Part shown: piece by piece, positions 11,701 to 26,700 of the stretch | Layout of the letters: every line of letters begins with the position of its first letter | Position numbering within the stretch: the first letter of the stretch is position 1 | NCBI GenBank assembly: GCA_965249555.1 | Contig: OZ252243.1 | Span: 672,001-736,000 of the forward strand | DNA length: 64,000 nt | Direction of reading: 5' to 3' | Source: Nitrosopumilus sp. | GTDB taxonomy: Archaea > Thermoproteota > Nitrososphaeria > Nitrososphaerales > Nitrosopumilaceae | Notes under the pieces: model-generated | Seen by the model: only the letters and a program-made list of their open reading frames with translations | The model's database searches: none | Told to the model about the DNA's origin: nothing | Position numbers and translations under genes: made by a program

Positions 11701-14700
11701 CAGTTGTCGTACCAGCTGGTGTCACCCCATTGAATAGTTGTATAGTTGCCCCGGCCTCAGTTGAAGTACCATCAATTGTGATTGGTGTAGAGCCAACAGT
11801 TGCAGGTGGCGTGGTAATTGCAGGAACTGGTGGCGGTGTGGTATCAGTTACTTTGTATGTTCTGGTTTTATCACCAGCCGGGTTTGTACCATCAGTTGAG
11901 GAATAAGTGATAGTGTAATCGCCTACTGTGCCAACATCAACAGTTCCAGATATGGTGATTGGAGAGCCATCATCAGTTGATACTCCATCAAGAAGTACCG
12001 GTGCAGGTGAGTCTAGTTCAAGGGTGATCTCTTCTGGAGTTACTGTGATTACCGGCGGCGTAACATCAGGTCCTACTGTTACAGTTTCAGTGATTGTTCT
12101 GCTTTGTTCATTGTTGTCAGTTACGGTGTAAGTTACAGCATATTCTCCAGAAGCGTTGACATTGACTGTTTTGCCGCCAACCATACCAGGTGCAGTTCCT
12201 GAGATATCAAATGCATTGGCAATCGTACCTTGGGTGTATGTTCCGCCAAATGGCACTGTAGTGGAATAGTCATCTGTGTTACCATCAACATCAAAGGTTG
12301 GCGGTGTGGTATCAGATACAGTAATTACAATTGATTGTTGGTCCGGTGTGTTGCCTGCCGCATCATCTGGCGCATCATACAATACGGTGTAAACTCCTAT
12401 ACTGCTGGTGTCAGGCGTATCACCAGAGGGTGTTGCCGTTTCAGAGTAATCTGGGTCATTATCAGTTACGGTGCCGCCTTGTTCTGTGTAGGTGTCAGTT
12501 GCAGTCAACTCTATTGTTGTATCAGATCCTGTTGGTGTGATTACTGGCGGCGTAACATCAGGTCCTACTGTTACAGTTTCAGTGATTGTTCTGCTTTGTT
12601 CATTGTTGTCAGTTACGGTGTAAGTTACAGCATATTCTCCAGAAGCGTTGACATTGACTGTTTTGCCGCCAACTGTACTGGATTTAATTCCTGAGATATC
12701 AGATGCATTGGCAATCGTACCTTGGGTGTATGTTCCGCCAAATGGCACTGTAGTGGAATAGTCATCTGTGTTACCATCAACATCAAAGGTTGGCGGTGTG
12801 GTATCAGATACGGTAATTACAATTGATTGTTGGTCCGGTGTGTTGCCTGCCGCATCATCTGGCGCATCATACAATACGGTGTAAACTCCTATACTACTGG
12901 TGTCAGGTGTATCACCAGAGGGTGTTGCCGTTTCAGAGTAATCTGGGTCATTATCAGTTACGGTGCCGCCTTGTTCTGTGTAGGTGTCAGTTGCAGTCAA
13001 CTCTATTGTTGTATCAGATCCTGTTGGTGTGATTACTGGTGGTATAGTGTCAAGTGTGATGAGTACTGCTGGTGATGGATCAGATGTGTTGACTCCATCA
13101 GTTGCTCTTGCAGTAAATGAGTTGCCACCCTCATCTAGTTCAACTCCTGCAAATGAGAAATTCCCTGAATCATCGGCAGTTGTCGTACCAGCTGGTGTCA
13201 CCCCATTGAATAGTTGTATAGTTGCCCCGGCCTCAGTTGAAGTACCATCAATTGTGATTGGTGTAGAGCCAACAGTTGCAGGTGGCGTGGTAATTGCAGG
13301 AACTGGTGGCGGTGTGGTATCAGTTACTTTGTATGTTCTGGTTTTATCACCAGCCGGGTTTGTACCATCAGTTGAGGAATAAGTGATAGTGTAATCGCCT
13401 ACTGTGCCAACATCAACAGTTCCAGATATGGTGATTGGGGAGCCATCATCAGTTGATACTCCATCAAGAAGTACCGGTGCAGGTGAGTCTAGTTCAAGGG
13501 TGATCTCTTCTGGAGTTACTGTGATTACCGGCGGCGTAACATCAGGTCCTACTGTTACAGTTTCAGTGATTGTTCTGCTTTGTTCATTGTTGTCAGTTAC
13601 GGTGTAAGTTACAGCATATTCTCCAGAAGCGTTGACATTGACTGTTTTGCCGCCAACCATACCAGGTGCAGTTCCTGAGATATCAAATGCATTGGCAATC
13701 GTACCTTGGGCGTATGTTCCGCCAAATGGCACTGTAGTGGAATAGTCATCCGTGTTACCATCAACGTCAAAGGTTGGCGGTGTGGTATCAGATACGGTAA
13801 TTACAATTGATTGTTGGTCCGGTGTGTTGCCTGCCGCATCATCTGGCGCATCATACAATACGGTGTAGACTCCTATACTACTGGTGTCAGGCGTATCACC
13901 AGAGGGTGTTGCCGTTTCAGAGTAATCTGGGTCATTATCAGTTACGGTGCCGCCTTGTTCTGTGTAGGTGTCAGTTGCAGTCAACTCTATTGTTGTATCA
14001 GATCCTGTTGGTGTGATTACCGGCGGCGTAACATCAGGTCCTACTGTTACAGTTTCAGTGATTGTTCTGCTTTGTTCATTGTTGTCAGTTACGGTGTAAG
14101 TTACAGCATATTCTCCAGAAGCGTTGACATTGACTGTTTTGCCGCCAACTGTACTGGATTTAATTCCTGAGATATCAGATTGATTGTTAATTACACCTGG
14201 GGCGTATGTTCCGCCAAATGGCACTGTAGTGGAATAGTCATCTGTGTTACCATCAACATCAAAGGTTGGCGGTGTGGTATCAGATACGGTAATTACAATT
14301 GATTGTTGGTCCGGTGTGTTGCCTGCCGCATCATCTGGCGCATCATACAATACGGTGTAAACTCCTATACTACTGGTGTCAGGCGTATCACCAGAGGGTG
14401 TTGCCGTTTCAGAGTAATCTGGGTCATTATCAGTTACGGTGCCGCCTTGTTCTGTGTAGGTGTCAGTTGCAGTCAACTCTATTGTTGTATCAGATCCTGT
14501 TGGTGTGATTACTGGTGGTATAGTGTCAAGTGTGATGAGTACTGCTGGTGATGGATCAGATGTGTTGACTCCATCAGTTGCTCTTGCAGTAAATGAGTTG
14601 CCACCCTCATCTAGTTCAACTCCTGCAAATGAGAAATTCCCCGAATCATCGGCAGTTGTCGTACCAGCTGGTGTCACCCCATTGAATAGTTGTATAGTTG

Positions 14701-17700
14701 CCCCGGCCTCAGTTGAAGTACCATCAATTGTGATTGGTGTAGAGCCAACAGTTGCAGGTGGCGTGGTAATTGCAGGAACTGGTGGCGGTGTGGTATCAGT
14801 TACTTTGTATGTTCTGGTTTTATCACCAGCCGGGTTTGTACCATCAGTTGAGGAATAAGTGATAGTGTAATCGCCTACTGTGCCAACATCAACAGTTCCA
14901 GATATGGTGATTGGAGAGCCATCATCAGTTGATACTCCATCAAGAAGTACCGGTGCAGGTGAGTCTAGTTCAAGGGTGATCTCTTCTGGAGTTACTGTGA
15001 TTACCGGCGGCGTAACATCAGGTCCTACTGTTACAGTTTCAGTGATTGTTCTGCTTTGTTCATTGTTGTCAGTTACGGTGTAAGTTACAGCATATTCTCC
15101 AGAAGCGTTGACATTGACTGTTTTGCCGCCAACCATACCAGGTGCAGTTCCTGAGATATCAAATGCATTGGCAATCGTACCTTGGGCGTATGTTCCGCCA
15201 AATGGCACTGTAGTGGAATAGTCATCTGTGTTACCATCAACATCAAAGGTTGGCGGTGTGGTATCAGATACGGTAATTACAATTGATTGTTGGTCCGGTG
15301 TGTTGCCTGCCGCATCATCTGGCGCATCATACAATACGGTGTAGACTCCTATACTGCTGGTGTCAGGCGTATCACCAGAGGGTGTTGCCGTTTCAGAGTA
15401 ATCTGGGTCATTATCAGTTACGGTGCCGCCTTGTTCTGTGTAGGTGTCAGTTGCAGTCAACTCTATTGTTGTATCAGATCCTGTTGGTGTGATTACTGGC
15501 GGCGTAACATCAGGTCCTACTGTTACAGTTTCAGTGATTGTTCTGCTTTGTTCATTGTTGTCAGTTACGGTGTAAGTTACAGCATATTCTCCAGAAGCGT
15601 TGACATTGACTGTTTTGCCGCCAACTGTACTGGATTTAATTCCTGAGATATCAGATGCATTGGCAATCGTACCTTGGGTGTATGTTCCGCCAAATGGCAC
15701 TGTAGTGGAATAGTCATCTGTGTTACCATCAACATCAAAGGTTGGCGGTGTGGTATCAGATACGGTAATTACAATTGATTGTTGGTCCGGTGTGTTGCCT
15801 GCCGCATCATCTGGCGCATCATACAATACGGTGTAAACTCCTATACTGCTGGTGTCAGGCGTATCACCAGAGGGTGTTGCCGTTTCAGAGTAATCTGGGT
15901 CATTATCAGTTACGGTGCCGCCTTGTTCTGTGTAGGTGTCAGTTGCAGTCAACTCTATTGTTGTATCAGATCCTGTTGGTGTGATTACTGGTGGTATAGT
16001 GTCAAGTGTGATGAGTACTGCTGGTGATGGATCAGATGTGTTGACTCCATCAGTTGCTCTTGCAGTAAATGAGTTGCCACCCTCATCTAGTTCAACTCCT
16101 GCAAATGAGAAATTCCCCGAATCATCGGCAGTTGTCGTACCAGCTGGTGTCACCCCATTGAATAGTTGTATAGTTGCCCCGGCCTCAGTTGAAGTACCAT
16201 CAATTGTGATTGGTGTAGAGCCAACAGTTGCAGGTGGCGTGGTAATTGCAGGAACTGGTGGCGGTGTGGTATCAGTTACTTTGTATGTTCTGGTTTTATC
16301 ACCAGCCGGGTTTGTACCATCAGTTGAGGAATAAGTGATAGTGTAATCGCCTACTGTGCCAACATCAACAGTTCCAGATATGGTGATTGGAGAGCCATCA
16401 TCAGTTGATACTCCATCAAGAAGTACCGGTGCAGGTGAGTCTAGTTCAAGGGTGATCTCTTCTGGAGTTACTGTGATTACCGGCGGCGTAACATCAGGTC
16501 CTACTGTTACAGTTTCAGTGATTGTTCTGCTTTGTTCATTGTTGTCAGTTACGGTGTAAGTTACAGCATATTCTCCAGAAGCGTTGACATTGACTGTTTT
16601 GCCGCCAACCATACCAGGTGCAGTTCCTGAGATATCAAATGCATTGGCAATCGTACCTTGGGTGTATGTTCCGCCAAATGGCACTGTAGTGGAATAGTCA
16701 TCTGTGTTACCATCAACATCAAAGGTTGGCGGTGTGGTATCAGATACGGTAATTACAATTGATTGTTGGTCCGGTGTGTTGCCTGCCGCATCATCTGGCG
16801 CATCATACAATACGGTGTAAACTCCTATACTGCTGGTGTCAGGCGTATCACCAGAGGGTGTTGCCGTTTCAGAGTAATCTGGGTCATTATCAGTTACGGT
16901 GCCGCCTTGTTCTGTGTAGGTGTCAGTTGCAGTCAACTCTATTGTTGTATCAGATCCTGTTGGTGTGATTACTGGCGGCGTAACATCAGGTCCTACTGTT
17001 ACAGTTTCAGTGATTGTTCTGCTTTGTTCATTGTTGTCAGTTACGGTGTAAGTTACAGCATATTCTCCAGAAGCGTTGACATTGACTGTTTTGCCGCCAA
17101 CTGTACTGGATTTAATTCCTGAGATATCAGATGCATTGGCAATCGTACCTTGGGTGTATGTTCCGCCAAATGGCACTGTAGTGGAATAGTCATCTGTGTT
17201 ACCATCAACATCAAAGGTTGGCGGTGTGGTATCAGATACGGTAATTACAATTGATTGTTGGTCCGGTGTGTTGCCTGCCGCATCATCTGGCGCATCATAC
17301 AATACGGTGTAAACTCCTATACTACTGGTGTCAGGTGTATCACCAGAGGGTGTTGCCGTTTCAGAGTAATCTGGGTCATTATCAGTTACGGTGCCGCCTT
17401 GTTCTGTGTAGGTGTCAGTTGCAGTCAACTCTATTGTTGTATCAGATCCTGTTGGTGTGATTACTGGTGGTATAGTGTCAAGTGTGATGAGTACTGCTGG
17501 TGATGGATCAGATGTGTTGACTCCATCAGTTGCTCTTGCAGTAAATGAGTTGCCACCCTCATCTAGTTCAACTCCTGCAAATGAGAAATTCCCTGAATCA
17601 TCGGCAGTTGTCGTACCAGCTGGTGTCACCCCATTGAATAGTTGTATAGTTGCCCCGGCCTCAGTTGAAGTACCATCAATTGTGATTGGTGTAGAGCCAA

Positions 17701-20700
17701 CAGTTGCAGGTGGCGTGGTAATTGCAGGAACTGGTGGCGGTGTGGTATCAGTTACTTTGTATGTTCTGGTTTTATCACCAGCCGGGTTTGTACCATCAGT
17801 TGAGGAATAAGTGATAGTGTAATCGCCTACTGTGCCAACATCAACAGTTCCAGATATGGTGATTGGGGAGCCATCATCAGTTGATACTCCATCAAGAAGT
17901 ACCGGTGCAGGTGAGTCTAGTTCAAGGGTGATCTCTTCTGGAGTTACTGTGATTACCGGCGGCGTAACATCAGGTCCTACTGTTACAGTTTCAGTGATTG
18001 TTCTGCTTTGTTCATTGTTGTCAGTTACGGTGTAAGTTACAGCATATTCTCCAGAAGCGTTGACATTGACTGTTTTGCCGCCAACCATACCAGGTGCAGT
18101 TCCTGAGATATCAAATGCATTGGCAATCGTACCTTGGGCGTATGTTCCGCCAAATGGCACTGTAGTGGAATAGTCATCTGTGTTACCATCAACATCAAAG
18201 GTTGGCGGTGTGGTATCAGATACGGTAATTACAATTGATTGTTGGTCCGGTGTGTTGCCTGCCGCATCATCTGGCGCATCATACAATACGGTGTAGACTC
18301 CTATACTGCTGGTGTCAGGCGTATCACCAGAGGGTGTTGCCGTTTCAGAGTAATCTGGGTCATTATCAGTTACGGTGCCGCCTTGTTCTGTGTAGGTGTC
18401 AGTTGCAGTCAACTCTATTGTTGTATCAGATCCTGTTGGTGTGATTACTGGCGGCGTAACATCAGGTCCTACTGTTACAGTTTCAGTGATTGTTCTGCTT
18501 TGTTCATTGTTGTCAGTTACGGTGTAAGTTACAGCATATTCTCCAGAAGCGTTGACATTGACTGTTTTGCCGCCAACTGTACTGGATTTAATTCCTGAGA
18601 TATCAGATGCATTGGCAATCGTACCTTGGGTGTATGTTCCGCCAAATGGCACTGTAGTGGAATAGTCATCTGTGTTACCATCAACATCAAAGGTTGGCGG
18701 TGTGGTATCAGATACGGTAATTACAATTGATTGTTGGTCCGGTGTGTTGCCTGCCGCATCATCTGGCGCATCATACAATACGGTGTAAACTCCTATACTA
18801 CTGGTGTCAGGCGTATCACCAGAGGGTGTTGCCGTTTCAGAGTAATCTGGGTCATTATCAGTTACGGTGCCGCCTTGTTCTGTGTAGGTGTCAGTTGCAG
18901 TCAACTCTATTGTTGTATCAGATCCTGTTGGTGTGATTACTGGTGGTATAGTGTCAAGTGTGATGAGTACTGCTGGTGATGGATCAGATGTGTTGACTCC
19001 ATCAGTTGCTCTTGCAGTAAATGAGTTGCCACCCTCATCTAGTTCAACTCCTGCAAATGAGAAATTCCCTGAATCATCGGCAGTTGTCGTACCAGCTGGT
19101 GTCACCCCATTGAATAGTTGTATAGTTGCCCCGGCCTCAGTTGAAGTACCATCAATTGTGATTGGTGTAGAGCCAACAGTTGCAGGTGGCGTGGTAATTG
19201 CAGGAACTGGTGGCGGTGTGGTATCAGTTACTTTGTATGTTCTGGTTTTATCACCAGCCGGGTTTGTACCATCAGTTGAGGAATAAGTGATAGTGTAATC
19301 GCCTACTGTGCCAACATCAACAGTTCCAGATATGGTGATTGGAGAGCCATCATCAGTTGATACTCCATCAAGAAGTACCGGTGCAGGTGAGTCTAGTTCA
19401 AGGGTGATCTCTTCTGGAGTTACTGTGATTACCGGCGGCGTAACATCAGGTCCTACTGTTACAGTTTCAGTGATTGTTCTGCTTTGTTCATTGTTGTCAG
19501 TTACGGTGTAAGTTACAGCATATTCTCCAGAAGCGTTGACATTGACTGTTTTGCCGCCAACCATACCAGGTGCAGTTCCTGAGATATCAAATGCATTGGC
19601 AATCGTACCTTGGGCGTATGTTCCGCCAAATGGCACTGTAGTGGAATAGTCATCTGTGTTACCATCAACATCAAAGGTTGGCGGTGTGGTATCAGATACG
19701 GTAATTACAATTGATTGTTGGTCCGGTGTGTTGCCTGCCGCATCATCTGGCGCATCATACAATACGGTGTAAACTCCTATACTGCTGGTGTCAGGCGTAT
19801 CACCAGAGGGTGTTGCCGTTTCAGAGTAATCTGGGTCATTATCAGTTACGGTGCCGCCTTGTTCTGTGTAGGTGTCAGTTGCAGTCAACTCTATTGTTGT
19901 ATCAGATCCTGTTGGTGTGATTACTGGCGGCGTAACATCAGGTCCTACTGTTACAGTTTCAGTGATTGTTCTGCTTTGTTCATTGTTGTCAGTTACGGTG
20001 TAAGTTACAGCATATTCTCCAGAAGCGTTGACATTGACTGTTTTGCCGCCAACTGTACTGGATTTAATTCCTGAGATATCAGATGCATTGGCAATCGTAC
20101 CTTGGGTGTATGTTCCGCCAAATGGCACTGTAGTGGAATAGTCATCTGTGTTACCATCAACATCAAAGGTTGGCGGTGTGGTATCAGATACGGTAATTAC
20201 AATTGATTGTTGGTCCGGTGTGTTGCCTGCCGCATCATCTGGCGCATCATACAATACGGTGTAAACTCCTATACTGCTGGTGTCAGGCGTATCACCAGAG
20301 GGTGTTGCCGTTTCAGAGTAATCTGGGTCATTATCAGTTACGGTGCCGCCTTGTTCTGTGTAGGTGTCAGTTGCAGTCAACTCTATTGTTGTATCAGATC
20401 CTGTTGGTGTGATTACTGGTGGTATAGTGTCAAGTGTGATGAGTACTGCTGGTGATGGATCAGATGTGTTGACTCCATCAGTTGCTCTTGCAGTAAATGA
20501 GTTGCCACCCTCATCTAGTTCAACTCCTGCAAATGAGAAATTCCCCGAATCATCGGCAGTTGTCGTACCAGCTGGTGTCACCCCATTGAATAGTTGTATA
20601 GTTGCCCCGGCCTCAGTTGAAGTACCATCAATTGTGATTGGTGTAGAGCCAACAGTTGCAGGTGGCGTGGTAATTGCAGGAACTGGTGGCGGTGTGGTAT

Positions 20701-23700
20701 CAGTTACTTTGTATGTTCTGGTTTTATCACCAGCCGGGTTTGTACCATCAGTTGAGGAATAAGTGATAGTGTAATCGCCTACTGTGCCAACATCAACAGT
20801 TCCAGATATGGTGATTGGAGAGCCATCATCAGTTGATACTCCATCAAGAAGTACCGGTGCAGGTGAGTCTAGTTCAAGGGTGATCTCTTCTGGAGTTACT
20901 GTGATTACCGGCGGCGTAACATCAGGTCCTACTGTTACAGTTTCAGTGATTGTTCTGCTTTGTTCATTGTTGTCAGTTACGGTGTAAGTTACAGCATATT
21001 CTCCAGAAGCGTTGACATTGACTGTTTTGCCGCCAACCATACCAGGTGCAGTTCCTGAGATATCAAATGCATTGGCAATCGTACCTTGGGTGTATGTTCC
21101 GCCAAATGGCACTGTAGTGGAATAGTCATCTGTGTTACCATCAACATCAAAGGTTGGCGGTGTGGTATCAGATACGGTAATTACAATTGATTGTTGGTCC
21201 GGTGTGTTGCCTGCCGCATCATCTGGCGCATCATACAATACGGTGTAAACTCCTATACTGCTGGTGTCAGGCGTATCACCAGAGGGTGTTGCCGTTTCAG
21301 AGTAATCTGGGTCATTATCAGTTACGGTGCCGCCTTGTTCTGTGTAGGTGTCAGTTGCAGTCAACTCTATTGTTGTATCAGATCCTGTTGGTGTGATTAC
21401 TGGCGGCGTAACATCAGGTCCTACTGTTACAGTTTCAGTGATTGTTCTGCTTTGTTCATTGTTGTCAGTTACGGTGTAAGTTACAGCATATTCTCCAGAA
21501 GCGTTGACATTGACTGTTTTGCCGCCAACTGTACTGGATTTAATTCCTGAGATATCAGATGCATTGGCAATCGTACCTTGGGTGTATGTTCCGCCAAATG
21601 GCACTGTAGTGGAATAGTCATCTGTGTTACCATCAACATCAAAGGTTGGCGGTGTGGTATCAGATACGGTAATTACAATTGATTGTTGGTCCGGTGTGTT
21701 GCCTGCCGCATCATCTGGCGCATCATACAATACGGTGTAAACTCCTATACTACTGGTGTCAGGTGTATCACCAGAGGGTGTTGCCGTTTCAGAGTAATCT
21801 GGGTCATTATCAGTTACGGTGCCGCCTTGTTCTGTGTAGGTGTCAGTTGCAGTCAACTCTATTGTTGTATCAGATCCTGTTGGTGTGATTACTGGTGGTA
21901 TAGTGTCAAGTGTGATGAGTACTGCTGGTGATGGATCAGATGTGTTGACTCCATCAGTTGCTCTTGCAGTAAATGAGTTGCCACCCTCATCTAGTTCAAC
22001 TCCTGCAAATGAGAAATTCCCTGAATCATCGGCAGTTGTCGTACCAGCTGGTGTCACCCCATTGAATAGTTGTATAGTTGCCCCGGCCTCAGTTGAAGTA
22101 CCATCAATTGTGATTGGTGTAGAGCCAACAGTTGCAGGTGGCGTGGTAATTGCAGGAACTGGTGGCGGTGTGGTATCAGTTACTTTGTATGTTCTGGTTT
22201 TATCACCAGCCGGGTTTGTACCATCAGTTGAGGAATAAGTGATAGTGTAATCGCCTACTGTGCCAACATCAACAGTTCCAGATATGGTGATTGGGGAGCC
22301 ATCATCAGTTGATACTCCATCAAGAAGTACCGGTGCAGGTGAGTCTAGTTCAAGGGTGATCTCTTCTGGAGTTACTGTGATTACCGGCGGCGTAACATCA
22401 GGTCCTACTGTTACAGTTTCAGTGATTGTTCTGCTTTGTTCATTGTTGTCAGTTACGGTGTAAGTTACAGCATATTCTCCAGAAGCGTTGACATTGACTG
22501 TTTTGCCGCCAACCATACCAGGTGCAGTTCCTGAGATATCAAATGCATTGGCAATCGTACCTTGGGTGTATGTTCCGCCAAATGGCACTGTAGTGGAATA
22601 GTCATCTGTGTTACCATCAACATCAAAGGTTGGCGGTGTGGTATCAGATACGGTAATTACAATTGATTGTTGGTCCGGTGTGTTGCCTGCCGCATCATCT
22701 GGCGCATCATACAATACGGTGTAAACTCCTATACTGCTGGTGTCAGGCGTATCACCAGAGGGTGTTGCCGTTTCAGAGTAATCTGGGTCATTATCAGTTA
22801 CGGTGCCGCCTTGTTCTGTGTAGGTGTCAGTTGCAGTCAACTCTATTGTTGTATCAGATCCTGTTGGTGTGATTACTGGCGGCGTAACATCAGGTCCTAC
22901 TGTTACAGTTTCAGTGATTGTTCTGCTTTGTTCATTGTTGTCAGTTACGGTGTAAGTTACAGCATATTCTCCAGAAGCGTTGACATTGACTGTTTTGCCG
23001 CCAACTGTACTGGATTTAATTCCTGAGATATCAGATGCATTGGCAATCGTACCTTGGGTGTATGTTCCGCCAAATGGCACTGTAGTGGAATAGTCATCTG
23101 TGTTACCATCAACATCAAAGGTTGGCGGTGTGGTATCAGATACGGTAATTACAATTGATTGTTGGTCCGGTGTGTTGCCTGCCGCATCATCTGGCGCATC
23201 ATACAATACGGTGTAAACTCCTATACTGCTGGTGTCAGGCGTATCACCAGAGGGTGTTGCCGTTTCAGAGTAATCTGGGTCATTATCAGTTACGGTGCCG
23301 CCTTGTTCTGTGTAGGTGTCAGTTGCAGTCAACTCTATTGTTGTATCAGATCCTGTTGGTGTGATTACTGGTGGTATAGTGTCAAGTGTGATGAGTACTG
23401 CTGGTGATGGATCAGATGTGTTGACTCCATCAGTTGCTCTTGCAGTAAATGAGTTGCCACCCTCATCTAGTTCAACTCCTGCAAATGAGAAATTCCCTGA
23501 ATCATCGGCAGTTGTCGTACCAGCTGGTGTCACCCCATTGAATAGTTGTATAGTTGCCCCGGCCTCAGTTGAAGTACCATCAATTGTGATTGGTGTAGAG
23601 CCAACAGTTGCAGGTGGCGTGGTAATTGCAGGAACTGGTGGCGGTGTGGTATCAGTTACTTTGTATGTTCTGGTTTTATCACCAGCCGGGTTTGTACCAT

Positions 23701-26700
23701 CAGTTGAGGAATAAGTGATAGTGTAATCGCCTACTGTGCCAACATCAACAGTTCCAGATATGGTGATTGGAGAGCCATCATCAGTTGATACTCCATCAAG
23801 AAGTACCGGTGCAGGTGAGTCTAGTTCAAGGGTGATCTCTTCTGGAGTTACTGTGATTACCGGCGGCGTAACATCAGGTCCTACTGTTACAGTTTCAGTG
23901 ATTGTTCTGCTTTGTTCATTGTTGTCAGTTACGGTGTAAGTTACAGCATATTCTCCAGAAGCGTTGACATTGACTGTTTTGCCGCCAACCATACCAGGTG
24001 CAGTTCCTGAGATATCAAATGCATTGGCAATCGTACCTTGGGCGTATGTTCCGCCAAATGGCACTGTAGTGGAATAGTCATCTGTGTTACCATCAACATC
24101 AAAGGTTGGCGGTGTGGTATCAGATACGGTAATTACAATTGATTGTTGGTCCGGTGTGTTGCCTGCCGCATCATCTGGCGCATCATACAATACGGTGTAA
24201 ACTCCTATACTGCTGGTGTCAGGCGTATCACCAGAGGGTGTTGCCGTTTCAGAGTAATCTGGGTCATTATCAGTTACGGTGCCGCCTTGTTCTGTGTAGG
24301 TGTCAGTTGCAGTCAACTCTATTGTTGTATCAGATCCTGTTGGTGTGATTACTGGCGGCGTAACATCAGGTCCTACTGTTACAGTTTCAGTGATTGTTCT
24401 GCTTTGTTCATTGTTGTCAGTTACGGTGTAAGTTACAGCATATTCTCCAGAAGCGTTGACATTGACTGTTTTGCCGCCAACTGTACTGGATTTAATTCCT
24501 GAGATATCAGATGCATTGGCAATCGTACCTTGGGTGTATGTTCCGCCAAATGGCACTGTAGTGGAATAGTCATCTGTGTTACCATCAACATCAAAGGTTG
24601 GCGGTGTGGTATCAGATACGGTAATTACAATTGATTGTTGGTCCGGTGTGTTGCCTGCCGCATCATCTGGCGCATCATACAATACGGTGTAAACTCCTAT
24701 ACTGCTGGTGTCAGGCGTATCACCAGAGGGTGTTGCCGTTTCAGAGTAATCTGGGTCATTATCAGTTACGGTGCCGCCTTGTTCTGTGTAGGTGTCAGTT
24801 GCAGTCAACTCTATTGTTGTATCAGATCCTGTTGGTGTGATTACTGGTGGTATAGTGTCAAGTGTGATGAGTACTGCTGGTGATGGATCAGATGTGTTGA
24901 CTCCATCAGTTGCTCTTGCAGTAAATGAGTTGCCACCCTCATCTAGTTCAACTCCTGCAAATGAGAAATTCCCCGAATCATCGGCAGTTGTCGTACCAGC
25001 TGGTGTCACCCCATTGAATAGTTGTATAGTTGCCCCGGCCTCAGTTGAAGTACCATCAATTGTGATTGGTGTAGAGCCAACAGTTGCAGGTGGCGTGGTA
25101 ATTGCAGGAACTGGTGGCGGTGTGGTATCAGTTACTTTGTATGTTCTGGTTTTATCACCAGCCGGGTTTGTACCATCAGTTGAGGAATAAGTGATAGTGT
25201 AATCGCCTACTGTGCCAACATCAACAGTTCCAGATATGGTGATTGGGGAGCCATCATCAGTTGATACTCCATCAAGAAGTACCGGTGCAGGTGAGTCTAG
25301 TTCAAGGGTGATCTCTTCTGGAGTTACTGTGATTACCGGCGGCGTAACATCAGGTCCTACTGTTACAGTTTGAGTGATTGTTCTGCTTTGTTCATTGTTG
25401 TCAGTTACGGTGTAAGTTACAGCATATTCTCCAGAAGCGTTGACATTGACTGTTTTGCCGCCAACCATACCAGGTGCAGTTCCTGAGATATCAAATGCAT
25501 TGGCAATCGTACCTTGGGCGTATGTTCCGCCAAATGGCACTGTAGTGGAATAGTCATCTGTGTTACCATCAACATCAAAGGTTGGCGGTGTGGTATCAGA
25601 TACGGTAATTACAATTGATTGTTGGTCCGGTGTGTTGCCTGCCGCATCATCTGGCGCATCATACAATACGGTGTAAACTCCTATACTGCTGGTGTCAGGC
25701 GTATCACCAGAGGGTGTTGCCGTTTCAGAGTAATCTGGGTCATTATCAGTTACGGTGCCGCCTTGTTCTGTGTAGGTGTCAGTTGCAGTCAACTCTATTG
25801 TTGTATCAGATCCTGTTGGTGTGATTACTGGCGGCGTAACATCAGGTCCTACTGTTACAGTTTCAGTGATTGTTCTGCTTTGTTCATTGTTGTCAGTTAC
25901 GGTGTAAGTTACAGCATATTCTCCAGAAGCGTTGACATTGACTGTTTTGCCGCCAACTGTACTGGATTTAATTCCTGAGATATCAGATGCATTGGCAATC
26001 GTACCTTGGGTGTATGTTCCGCCAAATGGCACTGTAGTGGAATAGTCATCTGTGTTACCATCAACATCAAAGGTTGGCGGTGTGGTATCAGATACGGTAA
26101 TTACAATTGATTGTTGGTCCGGTGTGTTGCCTGCCGCATCATCTGGCGCATCATACAATACGGTGTAAACTCCTATACTGCTGGTGTCAGGCGTATCACC
26201 AGAGGGTGTTGCCGTTTCAGAGTAATCTGGGTCATTATCAGTTACGGTGCCGCCTTGTTCTGTGTAGGTGTCAGTTGCAGTCAACTCTATTGTTGTATCA
26301 GATCCTGTTGGTGTGATTACTGGTGCTGTAACATCAGGTCCTACTGTTACAGTTTCAGTGATTGTTCTGCTTTGTTCATTGTTGTCAGTTACGGTGTAAG
26401 TTACAGCATATTCTCCAGAAGCGTTGACATTGACTGTTTTGCCGCCAACCATACCAGGTGCAGTTCCTGAGATATCAAATGCATTGGCAATCGTACCTTG
26501 GGCGTATGTTCCGCCAAATGGCACTGTAGTGGAATAGTCATCTGTGTTACCATCAACATCAAAGGTTGGCGGTGTGGTATCAGATACGGTAATTACAATT
26601 GATTGTTGGTCCGGTGTGTTGCCTGCCGCATCATCTGGCGCATCATACAATACGGTGTAGACTCCTATACTACTGGTGTCAGGTGTATCACCAGAGGGTG